Source of the DNA: Phycisphaerales bacterium
GTDB taxonomy: Bacteria > Planctomycetota > UBA1135 > UBA2386
DNA: 64,000 nucleotides
Direction: 5' to 3'
Assembly: GCA_020247305.1 (NCBI GenBank)
Contig: JADCJE010000045.1
Span: forward strand, 71,251 to 135,250
This document shows, one piece after another, positions 48,095 to 61,411 of this stretch. Under the pieces are notes generated by a model that was not told the DNA's origin, searched no databases, and saw nothing but the letters and a program-made list of their open reading frames with translations. How positions within the stretch are numbered: position 1 is the stretch's first letter; every line of letters begins with the position of its first letter. The translations under genes and the position numbers were made by a program.

Positions 48095-50214
48095 GCCCGC
48101 GCTCCTGCCCGCGCGCGGGCCGATGCCGGCGCGTTCGCCGGGACCTTGGCGACCTCGACTGCCGTCACCTTGTACTCGGGGCAGTTGGTCGCCCAGTCCG
48201 ACAGGTCGCTGGTCACCGCGTTCGCCTTGCTCTGGACGAAGTGGAACGTCGTGTACACGACGCCCGGACTGACCTTGTCGCTGATGCGGGCGTGCAGGCG
48301 CGTCTCGCCGTAGCGGCTGGTGATCGCCACGAGTTCGCCGTCGCGGATGCCGCGCGCCTCGGCGTCCTGGCGGTGGATGTCCAGCAGGTCCTCGTCGTGC
48401 CACGCGACGTTGCCGGTGCGGCGGGTCTGCGTGCCGACGTTGTACTGCGACAGGATGCGGCCGGTGGTCAGCAGCAGCGGGTGCCGCTCGTCGACGCGCT
48501 CCGTCGTCGGCACGTAGCCGGTCAGCATGAAGTTGGCCTTGCCGCGCGGGAACGTCTGCGTGTGCAGCACCTCGGTGCCCTCCGGCGCCTGCGGGTTGCA
48601 CGGCCACTGCACCGAGCCGCAGCGCTCGATCAGCGCGAAGCTCATGCCCTGGTAGGCCGGCGACAGGCGCGCGACCTCGTCGAGGATCTGCGACGGGTGG
48701 TCGTAGTGCAGCGGGTAGCCCATCGCGTTGATGAGCTTGACGGTGATCTCCCAGTCCTCGAGCCCGGCGAGCGGCGCCACGACCTTGCGCACCATGCTGA
48801 CGCGGCGCTCGGCGTTGGTGAACGTGCCGTTCTTCTCCAGCGAGCTGGAGCCGGGCAGGAACACGTGCGCGTACTTCGCCGTCTCGTTGAGGAACAGGTC
48901 CTGCACGATCACGCACTCCATCGCCTTCATGGCCGCGACGATGTGGTTCATGTTCGGGTCGCTCTGCACCGGGTCCTCGCCCTGGATGTAGATCGCCTTG
49001 AACGTCCCGGCGAGCGCGGCGTCGAACATGTTCGGCAGGCGCAGGCCCGGCTCGGGGTCGAGCGGCAGGCCCCAGTCCTGCTCGAAGGTCGCGCGCACGG
49101 CGTCGTCGGTGACGAAGCGGTAGCCGGTGAGCATGTGCGGCCAGCTGCCGAGGCAGCTGCCGCCCTGCACGTTGCCCTGACCGCGCAGCGGGTTCACGCC
49201 GACGCCTTCGCGGCCGAGCATGCCGCAGGCCAGCGCGAGGTTGCCCAGGCACATGACGCCGGTCGAACCCTGGCTGTGCTCGGTGACTCCGAGTCCGTAG
49301 TAGATCGTGCTGCGCGGGCCCTTGGCGTAGGCGCGCGCGGCCGCGCGGATGTCGGCCGGGTCGAGGCCCGCCTCCGGGCCGACGACCTCGGGGGCGTAGC
49401 GCCCGTCGGCGACCAGAGCCCGCCATTGCTCGAACTCCGCCGGGTGGCAGCGCGCCGCGATGAACGCGGCGTCGTGCAGACCCTCGGTGACGACGACGTG
49501 CGCGAGGCTGTTGAGCACCAGCACGTTGGTGCCCGGCCGCAGCGCGAGGTGCACCGTCGCCTTGCAGTGCGCCGACTCGGCGGTCTCGGTGCGGCGCGGG
49601 TCGACGACCAGCAGCCTGGCGCCCTGGCGCACGCGGCGCTTGAGCAGCGAGCCGAACACCGGGTGGCCCTCGGTCGGGTTGGCGCCGACGACGAGGATCA
49701 CGTCCGCCTGCAGGATCGAGTCGAAGTGCTGGCTCGCCGCGCCGGCGCCGAGCGTCGCCGACAGGCCGAACTGCGTCGGCGAGTGGCAGATGCGCGAGCA
49801 GTTGTCGATGTTGTTGTTGCGCAGCGCGACGCGCGCGAACTTCTGCATCAGGAAGATCTCTTCGTTGGTGCAGCGCGACGACGACACCGCGCCGACCGAG
49901 CCGCGGCCGTGCTGCGCCTGGATGCGCTGCATCTCGGCGGCGGCGTGCGCGATCGCGACGTCCCACGACACCTCGCGCCACGTCTGGTCGATCGACGCCC
50001 GGATCATCGGCGTGCGCACGCGGTCGGGGTGCCGGTAGTAGTCGAAGGCGAAGCGTCCCTTGACGCAGGCGTGGCCGTGGTTGGCCTTGCCTTCCTTCCA
50101 CGGGGTCATGCGCACGATCTCGCCGCCGATGGTCTCGGCCTTGAAGCCGCAGCCGACGCCGCAGTAGGCGCAGGTGGTGACGACGGAACCGTCAGGCTTT
50201 CGGGGATTGGGCAC
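48091..50214 (-). CDS. fdsA: Formate dehydrogenase alpha subunit, molybdopterin catalytic part (split FdsA, C-terminal portion)
   Basis: TTCAYCGVGC...CVKGRF, NCSRICHSPT (Cys ligand), NPLRGQGNVQG, PEYKVTAV; AAGGAGG 8 nt before the GTG. Confidence 0.92.
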   Translation of the reverse strand: MPNPRKPDGSVVTTCAYCGVGCGFKAETIGGEIVRMTPWKEGKANHGHACVKGRFAFDYYRHPDRVRTPMIRASIDQTWREVSWDVAIAHAAAEMQRIQAQHGRGSVGAVSSSRCTNEEIFLMQKFARVALRNNNIDNCSRICHSPTQFGLSATLGAGAASQHFDSILQADVILVVGANPTEGHPVFGSLLKRRVRQGARLLVVDPRRTETAESAHCKATVHLALRPGTNVLVLNSLAHVVVTEGLHDAAFIAARCHPAEFEQWRALVADGRYAPEVVGPEAGLDPADIRAAARAYAKGPRSTIYYGLGVTEHSQGSTGVMCLGNLALACGMLGREGVGVNPLRGQGNVQGGSCLGSWPHMLTGYRFVTDDAVRATFEQDWGLPLDPEPGLRLPNMFDAALAGTFKAIYIQGEDPVQSDPNMNHIVAAMKAMECVIVQDLFLNETAKYAHVFLPGSSSLEKNGTFTNAERRVSMVRKVVAPLAGLEDWEITVKLINAMGYPLHYDHPSQILDEVARLSPAYQGMSFALIERCGSVQWPCNPQAPEGTEVLHTQTFPRGKANFMLTGYVPTTERVDERHPLLLTTGRILSQYNVGTQTRRTGNVAWHDEDLLDIHRQDAEARGIRDGELVAITSRYGETRLHARISDKVSPGVVYTTFHFVQSKANAVTSDLSDWATNCPEYKVTAVEVAKVPANAPASARARAGARA

Positions 50215-50912
50215 GCTGATAGCCTCCTTCGAACAGACTCTTCTCGACCAGGCTGTGCGTCGGGCAGGCCTGCACGCACGCGCCGCACGACACGCACTCG
50301 CTGTCCAGGAAGCGCTCGCCCTGGCTGGCGGCGACCTGCGAGGCGAAACCGCGGCCTTGGATCGTCAGCGCGAACGTGCCCTGGATCTCCTCGCACGCGC
50401 GCACGCACCGGCTGCAGACGATGCACTTGGCCGGATCGAACAGGAAGTATGGGTTGCTGTCGTCGACCGGGGCCTGCAGGTGGTTCTCGCCCTGCCCGTA
50501 CGGATGGCCCGTGACCCCGACCTGCTGCAGCGTCTCGTGCAACTCGCTCCAGCCGCCTGGCACGTCCTCCTTCGGGAAGTCGGACAGGTACAGCTCGACG
50601 ACGCCCTTGCGCAGTTCGTGCAGGCGCGGGCTCTGCGTCGTCACCACCATGCCGGGTTCGACGAGCGTCGTGCAGGCGGCGGGATAGCCCTTGCGGCCCT
50701 GGATCTCGACGAGGCAGACGCGGCAGCTGCCGAACGCCTCGAGCGTGTCGGTGGCGCACAGCTTGGGCACCGGGCAGCGGCCCGTCGCCGCCGCGAGCAT
50801 CACGCTGCTGCCGGCGGGCACGGTCACCGGCTTGCCGTCGACGACCAGCGCCACCGGCTCGCCGCCGCGCGGCGGGGTGCCGAGGTCCTGGCCTTCTCGC
50901 AGATCGCGCAGT

Positions 50913-50923
<11 letters not shown>
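50192..50923 (-). CDS. Formate dehydrogenase alpha subunit, N-terminal 2Fe-2S/4Fe-4S part (split FdsA)
   Basis: PKLC...GSCRVCLVE...ACTT, KCIVCSRCVRAC, ECVSCGACVQACPT. Confidence 0.9.
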
Positions 50924-52468
<1,545 letters not shown>

Positions 52469-52472
<4 letters not shown>

Positions 52473-52993
52473 GGCTGCCTCCGCGCCTGCGCCAGCAAGC
52501 GGTCGAGCGCGGCCGGGGTGACGCGGCCGTGCAACGCGCCGTCGAGCAGGACCGCCGGCGAACAGGCGCAGTTGCCCAGGCAGTACACCGGTTCGATCGT
52601 CACCGCGCCGTCGCGCGACGTCTCGCCGAGCTTGCAGCCGAGCGTGCGCTCGGCGTGCGCCGTGAGTTCGCGGCTGCCGCAGGCCTGGCAGCTCTCGGCC
52701 TGGCAGACCTTGAGCACGGCGCGGCCGGGCGGGCTGGTGCGGAAGTCGTGGTAGAAGGAGATCACGCCGTGGACCTCGGCGCGCGAGCGGCTGATCGCCT
52801 TGGCGATCTGGCCGACCGCGCCCGGCGGCACGAAGCCGAGCGCCTGCTGCACCTCGTGCAGGATCGGCAGCAGGTTGCCGGGCTGGTCGCGCCAGCGGTC
52901 GAGGATCGCCGCGACGGTGGCCGTGTCGTAGGGCGGGAACTCGGGGCCGCGGCGGCGGCCTTGGCCGCGCGGCAGGACGGAGTCGTTCTTCAC
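52469..52993 (-). CDS. fdsG: Formate dehydrogenase gamma subunit (NuoE-like 2Fe-2S)
   Basis: LLPILHEVQ, SRAEVHGVISFYHDFR, CQAESC, YCLGNC; GTG start inferred. Confidence 0.92.
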
Positions 52994-53245
52994 GGGTGCG
53001 GTGGGGCCGGTCGCCGCAGGCGCCGGCGCGCGGAGATTAGGTGCCGCCGCGGCGTCGCGCCAGGAACGGGGCGACTCCTGCTTCCGCCATCGGCCTCCTG
53101 GCATCGGTCGCGCCCGCGACCTATCTTGCCTCGCTTGCCGCGATCCGGCCGTCGGGCCGAGCGCGCGATGGCAAGCCGGCTTCGGCTGCGATCGGCGACC
53201 CGCCGATGACCGTACCGGAGCCGGTCGGCGAAGCATGGAAACGAC

Positions 53246-55564
<2,319 letters not shown>

Positions 55565-55603
55565 TCCGGCGGGCATCATCCGCCGCGCCGCCTCGCCACC
55601 ACG

Positions 55604-56422
55604 ATGCTCCGTCCGACCGCCACGCTGCCGCAAGACCTGCTCGCGCCGACGCTCGGCGCCGCGGCGCAGTGGGGGCCGGCGCTGCTTGAGATCGCGGTCT
55701 TCTCGGCGCTGATCTACGTCGCCCTGCGGTTCCTGTGGGCGACGCGCGGCTCGGTGCTGATCCGCGGCCTCGGCCTGCTGGTCGGGGTGCTGGTCGTCGG
55801 CTTCGCGGTGCTGATCCAGGCGTTCGAGCTGACCCGCCTGCAGTACGTCATCGAACAGCTGGCGCCCTCGCTGGTGCTCGGCCTCGTCATCGTCTTCCAG
55901 CCCGAGATCCGCCGCGCGATCGTGCAGCTCGGCGACAGCTCGATCTTCCGGCCGTTCTTCCGGCGCGACGGCAAGTCGATGACCCGCTTGCTGCGCGCCG
56001 TCGCCAGCCTGAGCAAGGACCGCGTCGGCGCCCTGATCGCGATCGAGCGCGGCGCCCGCCTCGCCGAGTTCGCGGAGATCGGCACGACGCTCGACGCCGA
56101 ACTGACCAGCGACCTGATCAAGTCGATCTTCTTCCCCAACAGCGCCCTGCACGACGGCGGCGTGATCGTGCGCGACGACCGCATCGTCGCGGCGTCGTGC
56201 CTGTTCCCGCTCAGCCAGGACCCGGGGCTCGACAAGAGCCTCGGCACGCGGCACCGCGCCGCGCTTGGCCTGTCCGAGGAGACCGACGCGTTCGTCATGG
56301 TCGTCAGCGAGGAGACGGGCAAGATCTCGACGGCGAGCGGCGGCACGCTGAGCTTCGACCTGACCCTGGAGCAGCTGGAGCAGCAGCTCGACGCGGCGAT
56401 CGGCCGCCGGACGGCCGCATGA
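55604..56422 (+). CDS. cdaA: Membrane diadenylate cyclase CdaA/DacA
   Basis: Three TM helices, FQPEIRR, ALHDGG, GTRHRAALG, VSEETG. Confidence 0.93.
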   Translation: MLRPTATLPQDLLAPTLGAAAQWGPALLEIAVFSALIYVALRFLWATRGSVLIRGLGLLVGVLVVGFAVLIQAFELTRLQYVIEQLAPSLVLGLVIVFQPEIRRAIVQLGDSSIFRPFFRRDGKSMTRLLRAVASLSKDRVGALIAIERGARLAEFAEIGTTLDAELTSDLIKSIFFPNSALHDGGVIVRDDRIVAASCLFPLSQDPGLDKSLGTRHRAALGLSEETDAFVMVVSEETGKISTASGGTLSFDLTLEQLEQQLDAAIGRRTAA

Positions 56423-57552
56423 AGGACCAAGGCCGACGCGGCTGGCTCGCCGCCATCGTCGCCGACCCGTGGCGCAAGCTGGCGGCGGTCCTGTTGGCGA
56501 CGATGCTGTGGGCCTTCGTCGACAGCCGGATCAACCAGCGCATCCAGCGCACCCTGCCGCTCGCCTTCGTCGGCCAGCAGCAGGCCGCCGGCATGCCGAC
56601 CGGCCGGCTGGCGGTGGCGCTGCCGACCGACCGCGTCGTCGGCGTGCGCTTCCTCGACGGCGAACGTCCCGTCGACCGCGCTGACGTGGTGCTGAGCGGG
56701 CCGCGCTTCCGCATCGCGGCGCTCGAACGCGAGGCGTTCGACCTGCAGATCACGCGGTTCCTGGCGCTGGACTGGAGCGAGCGCGGGAGCGCCGAGTTCA
56801 CCGCCGCCGACCTGCGCCTCGACCAGGTGCTGTTCAAGGACGTCGCGGTCGAGTTGCGCCCGCCGGCCATCCGCATCGAGGTCACGGCCGTCGCGTCGAC
56901 GCCGGTGACCCTGTCGCTCGACTCGGTCGAACTCGTCGAGGGGCCGTTCGCCGGCCGCTGGCGCCGCGACACGGTCGTGTTCACGCCGGCCCGCCCGGTC
57001 GTGCTCGGCAAGGCCGCCGAGATCGACGCGCTAGGCAAGCGCACGGACAAACCCTTCCGGGCCGTGCTGACCGGCGGCGGCGGCGCCGACGACCGCCTGG
57101 CCAGCGCCGAGGTCGTCGTCGTCGACGCCGAGAAGCACGGTATCCGCTTCGCGACGCAGCCACTGCTGACCGTCCAGCTGCGGCCGCGAACGGCGCTGTT
57201 CGAGCTCGACGTGCCGATCGTCGTCGACGACCGGGCCCTGCCCGAGGCGCTGCGCGGCCGGTGGTCGCCGGAGGCGCAGAGCCGCTTGGTCCGCGTGCAG
57301 GCCGGCGGCGACCTGCGGTCGCGCCTCGTCGGCCTGCAGGAGTCGGTCGACAAGGCGCAACTCGCCGACTGGGTGACCGAGAACCTGCGGCTGCACGTGC
57401 ACCTGCCGCGTCCGGCGAACGGCGTCGTCCTCGGGCCGGAGCTCGACCTCAAGGCCCGATTGATCCTGCTCGGTCCGCTGAGCGCGACCGTCGACCGCAA
57501 CGAGTGCTTGCTCGACGAAGTGGTGGTGGTCAAGCTGCGCCAGAAGACATGA
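56419..57552 (+). CDS. CdaR/YbbR-like membrane-anchored protein
   Basis: N-terminal KLAAVLLATMLWAFV resembles the CdaR TM; sits between cdaA and glmM with overlapping start and stop codons. Confidence 0.65.
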   Translation: MKDQGRRGWLAAIVADPWRKLAAVLLATMLWAFVDSRINQRIQRTLPLAFVGQQQAAGMPTGRLAVALPTDRVVGVRFLDGERPVDRADVVLSGPRFRIAALEREAFDLQITRFLALDWSERGSAEFTAADLRLDQVLFKDVAVELRPPAIRIEVTAVASTPVTLSLDSVELVEGPFAGRWRRDTVVFTPARPVVLGKAAEIDALGKRTDKPFRAVLTGGGGADDRLASAEVVVVDAEKHGIRFATQPLLTVQLRPRTALFELDVPIVVDDRALPEALRGRWSPEAQSRLVRVQAGGDLRSRLVGLQESVDKAQLADWVTENLRLHVHLPRPANGVVLGPELDLKARLILLGPLSATVDRNECLLDEVVVVKLRQKT

Positions 57553-58892
57553 CGTCGATCCCACCGCCGCAGTTCGGCACCGATGGCCTCCGCGGCCGCG
57601 CGGGCGAGTCCCCGATGGACCCCGAGACCCTGCGCCGCGTCGGCGCGGCGCTCGGCGTGCTGCTGCAGCGCGGCGGCGGCGCGCAGAAGCGCGTGCTGGT
57701 CGGCGACGACGGCCGCGAGTCGGCGCCGTGGATCCTCGAAGCGCTGGGTCAGGGTCTAGCCGCCGCCGAGGTCGCCGTCGGCCACGTCGGACTGTGCACC
57801 ACGCCGGCGCTGGCGTGGCTGGTCGCGCGCGAGAAGGTCGACGCCGGTGTGATGATCAGCGCCTCGCACAACCCGGCGCACGACAACGGCGTCAAGATCT
57901 TCGCCGCCGACGGCAGCAAGCTGCGCGACGAGGACGAGGCCGAGATCGCGGCACTGGCCGTGCAGCTGCGCCCGGCCGACGTGCGGCCGGGGCGCTCGCG
58001 CGACCGCAGCGATCTCCTGACGCGCTACGTCGAAGGCTACGCCGTGGCCTTTCCCGACCTCGACCTCACCGGCCGCAAGGTCTGCGTCGACGCCGCCAAC
58101 GGCGGCGGCGCCGAGCTGGCGCCGCGCATCCTGCGCGCGTTCGGGGCCGACGTCGTCGAGCTGAACTGCGAACCCGACGGCTTCAACATCAACGACGGCT
58201 GCGGCGCCCTGCACCCCGAGGCGCTGGCCGCTGCGGTCGTCGAGCACGGCGCCGAACTCGGCATCTGCCTCGACGGCGACGGCGACCGCGGCATCTTCGT
58301 CGACGAGAAGGGCGGCGTGCGCGACGGCGACGACGTGCTGGCGTTCTTCGGCCGGCGGCTGCACCGCGAGGGCCGGCTGCCCGGCGGGCGCGTCGTCGCC
58401 ACGGTGATGAGCAACCTCGGGCTCCACAAGGCGCTGCGCGAAGCCGGCGTCGGCGTGCACGTCACCCCGGTCGGCGACCGCAACGTCTGGCTGGCGATGC
58501 GCGAGCTCGGCGCCGCCGTCGGCGGCGAACAGTCCGGCCACGTGCTGTTCGCCGACCACGGGCTCGTCGGCGACGGCCTCTACACGGGCATGCGCCTGCT
58601 TGCGGCGATCGGCCGCGAGCCGGCCTCGGCGGCGTTCGCGGCGTTCCAGCGCTTCCCGCAGCAGCTCGTCAACGTCGTGGTCGCGCGCAAGCCGGCGCTG
58701 GAGACGGTCCCGGCCATCGCCGCCAAGGCCGCCGAGATCGAGCGCACGCTCGGCCAGGACGGCCGCCTGCTGCTGCGATACTCGGGCACCGAGCCGAAGT
58801 GCCGCGTCATGATCGAGGCCGCCGACCCCGCGCTGTGCGAGCGGCTGTGCCGCGAGCTCGCCGACGTGGTCGCGCGCGAGCTCGGCGCATGA
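57549..58892 (+). CDS. glmM: Phosphoglucosamine mutase
   Basis: FGTDGLRG, ISASHNP, DGDGDR, GGEQSGH, RYSGTEP. Confidence 0.95.
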   Translation: MTSIPPPQFGTDGLRGRAGESPMDPETLRRVGAALGVLLQRGGGAQKRVLVGDDGRESAPWILEALGQGLAAAEVAVGHVGLCTTPALAWLVAREKVDAGVMISASHNPAHDNGVKIFAADGSKLRDEDEAEIAALAVQLRPADVRPGRSRDRSDLLTRYVEGYAVAFPDLDLTGRKVCVDAANGGGAELAPRILRAFGADVVELNCEPDGFNINDGCGALHPEALAAAVVEHGAELGICLDGDGDRGIFVDEKGGVRDGDDVLAFFGRRLHREGRLPGGRVVATVMSNLGLHKALREAGVGVHVTPVGDRNVWLAMRELGAAVGGEQSGHVLFADHGLVGDGLYTGMRLLAAIGREPASAAFAAFQRFPQQLVNVVVARKPALETVPAIAAKAAEIERTLGQDGRLLLRYSGTEPKCRVMIEAADPALCERLCRELADVVARELGA

Positions 58893-59560
58893 GCGACGGC
58901 GCGCTGCTGGCGCTCTCGGGCAGCAACCTGACCGGCGACGCGCCGTACTCGGTCGCGCTCGCCGTCGCCGGCCGCGTGCACGCGTTGGCTTCGCCCGCCG
59001 GCGGCCGCGGTGACCTCGCCGGCCTCGTCGCCGCCGCGTGCGCCGCCGCGGGTCTCGCCGCCGCCGACGTGCGGCGCGTGCGCGTCGACGTCGGGCCAGG
59101 TTCGTACACCGGCCTGCGCGTGGCGCTGACCTTCGTGCGCTGCCTGCAGCGCTTCGGCGGGGTCGCGGTCGAGGCCGTGGACAGCCTCGCGCTGTTGGCC
59201 GCCCGCGCCGCCGCGCCCGCCGCCGCGCCCCGGCGCGTGCACGCCGTGGTCGATGCGCGCCGCGAGCGCGTGCACGCGCAGGCATTCGAAGTCGGGCCGG
59301 CGGCGGTGCGCGCACTGGCGCCGGCTGCGGCGGTGCCCGCCGCCGTCGCGGCCGCTGCGCTCCAACCGGGAGATCTGGTGGTCGTGCCGGCAGGACTGCC
59401 GCCGGCCCTGCGCGCCGCCTTTGCCGACCGCGGCGCCGAACTGCGCGAGGTCGCCGGCATCGTCGCCACCGAACTGCTGGCGCCCTGCCTGCCGTTCACG
59501 CCGGCCGGCTTCGCCGACCTGGAGCCGCGCTACCTCATGGGCAGCTACGCCGAGGACTGA
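58889..59560 (+). CDS. tsaB: tRNA threonylcarbamoyladenosine biosynthesis protein TsaB
   Basis: GPGSYTGLRV, VDSL, DARR, LEPRYL. Confidence 0.85.
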   Translation: MSDGALLALSGSNLTGDAPYSVALAVAGRVHALASPAGGRGDLAGLVAAACAAAGLAAADVRRVRVDVGPGSYTGLRVALTFVRCLQRFGGVAVEAVDSLALLAARAAAPAAAPRRVHAVVDARRERVHAQAFEVGPAAVRALAPAAAVPAAVAAAALQPGDLVVVPAGLPPALRAAFADRGAELREVAGIVATELLAPCLPFTPAGFADLEPRYLMGSYAED

Positions 59561-59561
59561 C

Positions 59562-60083
59562 GTGCGGCTCTTTCGCGCCGTCTGGTCGCTGCACCGCTGG
59601 ATCGGCGTCGCTGCCGGCCTCGTGTTGCTCGTCAGCGCCGGGACCGGCCTGCTGCTGCTGCGCAAGAAGGAGCACGCGTGGCTGCAGCCGCCGGTGCTGC
59701 GCGGCGCCGAGGGGCCGCCGGCTGCCCTGCGACCGCTGGCCGAGGTCTACGAGGCGGTGTTCGCGCTCGGTGCGCCGGAACTGCGCAGCGAGGCGGACAT
59801 CGCCCGCGTCGACTTCCGCCCGCAGGACCGCGTGCACAAGGTGATCAGCAAGCGCGGCGACGTCGAGGTGCAGGTCTGCGCCATCAGCCTCCGCACCAGC
59901 GGCCCGGCCGTCCGCCGCAGCGACTGGATCGAACGCCTGCACGACGGCTCGCTGTTCGGCGCGGCGGTCCACGGCTTTGCGATGCCGGCGGCCGCGCTGG
60001 CCTTGGCGTGGCTGGCGGCCAGCGGCTACGTCATGTGGGGCTGGCCCGCCTGGCAGCGCCGCCGCCGCCGCAACGCCGCCTGA
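59562..60083 (+). CDS. PepSY-associated TM helix protein
   Basis: LHRWIG...TGLLL, WIERLHDG, SGYVMW. Confidence 0.8.
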   Translation: MRLFRAVWSLHRWIGVAAGLVLLVSAGTGLLLLRKKEHAWLQPPVLRGAEGPPAALRPLAEVYEAVFALGAPELRSEADIARVDFRPQDRVHKVISKRGDVEVQVCAISLRTSGPAVRRSDWIERLHDGSLFGAAVHGFAMPAAALALAWLAASGYVMWGWPAWQRRRRRNAA

Positions 60084-60130
60084 CGCACGCCGGCGTGGAC
60101 GCCGTGCGCACGGCGCGGCAAGGTGCCGGC

Positions 60131-61342
60131 ATGCGCAGGTTCCCTGTGTTCCCGTTGTCGCTGCTCCTCGCCGTCGCCGTCGCGGCCCAGGACGGCCCGC
60201 TGCTGCCCGAACGCGCCGGCCGCATCGACGAGCTGCTCGCCGGCGAGGTCCGCTCCGGCGCCTACGCCGGCTTGTCCTACGTCGTCTACCACGGCGACCG
60301 CTGCGTTGCGCACGGCGCCTTCGGCCTCGCCGACGTCGAGCGCAACCGGCCGCTGCGCCGCGACGCGATCGCGCGCGTCTACTCGATGACCAAGCCGGTC
60401 ACCGCGGTCGCGGCCCTGACGCTGGTCGAACAGGACAAGCTGCAGCTCGACCAGCCGATCGCCGACTTCCTGCCGGAGCTGCAGGGGCTGCGCGTGTTCA
60501 CCGGCGGCACGGCCGACGCGCCCGAAACCGCGCCGGCGCTGCGCCCGATCACCGTGCGCATGCTGCTGAACCACACCGCCGGCTTCACCTACGACTTCTT
60601 CGCCACCGCGCCGGTGCACGAGCTCTACCGACGGGCGGGGTTGTGGCAGGCGCGTTCGACCGCCGACTTCCTGCAGCGCGTCGCCACGTTGCCGCTGCTG
60701 GCGCAGCCGGGCACGGCGTGGAACTACAGCATCGCCGACGACGTGCTCGGCGTGCTGATCGAGCGCGTCGTCAAGCGCCCGCTCGACGAGCACGTGCGCG
60801 CGGCGGTGACCGGGCCGCTCGGCATGATCGACACGGGCTACGACGTCGCCGCCGACCGGCTGCCGCGCCTCGCGGTCGTTCACCAGCGGCAGGACGGCCG
60901 CTTCGCCGCGGCGCCGGCGTCGTTCGCGGCGGCCGCCGAGCCCGGCGTCGGCTTCCCCGCCGGCGGCGCGGGCATGTTCTCGACGCTCGACGACTACGCG
61001 CGCTTCGGCCGCTTCCTGCTCGGCGACGGTTCGCTCGACGGCGTGCGCGTGCTGTCGCGCGCGACGATGGACCTGCTGCGGACCAACACGCTGCGCGACG
61101 GCCAGCGCACGAGCCGGCCGGCCGACGGGTGGGGGCTGGCGACCGCGGTCGTCGTCGACCCGGGCGCTGGCGCCGAACTGATGCCCGCCGGCACGCTGTT
61201 CTGGAACGGCGCGGCGACGACGAGCTTCCTCGCCGACCCCAAGAGCGGCGTCGTCGCCGTGCTGTTCGCGCAGCACCTGCCGTTCGACGAGCGGCGCGTC
61301 ATCGAGCGCTTCCGGACGGCGGTCTACCAGGCGCTGCGCTGA
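60131..61342 (+). CDS. Serine hydrolase, beta-lactamase/class C-like family, secreted
   Basis: SMTK (SxxK), LLNHTAG, PGTAWNYS, GAGMFST; signal peptide. Confidence 0.9.
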   Translation: MRRFPVFPLSLLLAVAVAAQDGPLLPERAGRIDELLAGEVRSGAYAGLSYVVYHGDRCVAHGAFGLADVERNRPLRRDAIARVYSMTKPVTAVAALTLVEQDKLQLDQPIADFLPELQGLRVFTGGTADAPETAPALRPITVRMLLNHTAGFTYDFFATAPVHELYRRAGLWQARSTADFLQRVATLPLLAQPGTAWNYSIADDVLGVLIERVVKRPLDEHVRAAVTGPLGMIDTGYDVAADRLPRLAVVHQRQDGRFAAAPASFAAAAEPGVGFPAGGAGMFSTLDDYARFGRFLLGDGSLDGVRVLSRATMDLLRTNTLRDGQRTSRPADGWGLATAVVVDPGAGAELMPAGTLFWNGAATTSFLADPKSGVVAVLFAQHLPFDERRVIERFRTAVYQALR

Positions 61343-61411
61343 CGGCGGCGCTTTGCCGCCGCGGCGGGGCCGGGCATGATCGCCGCCATGGCCGCTCCCG
61401 TCCCGTCGTCC

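Noticed and set aside
49770-49810. Selenocysteine in formate dehydrogenase
   Set aside because: The metal-ligand position is a TGC Cys codon (NCSRICHSPT); there is no in-frame TGA.
50192-50214. fdsA as a frameshifted pseudogene
   Set aside because: Both halves are intact, break at a domain boundary, and the second has a perfect SD and start codon.
60131-61342. Antibiotic-resistance beta-lactamase
   Set aside because: Motifs fit the broad serine hydrolase/esterase family; nothing in the sequence specifies beta-lactam hydrolysis.
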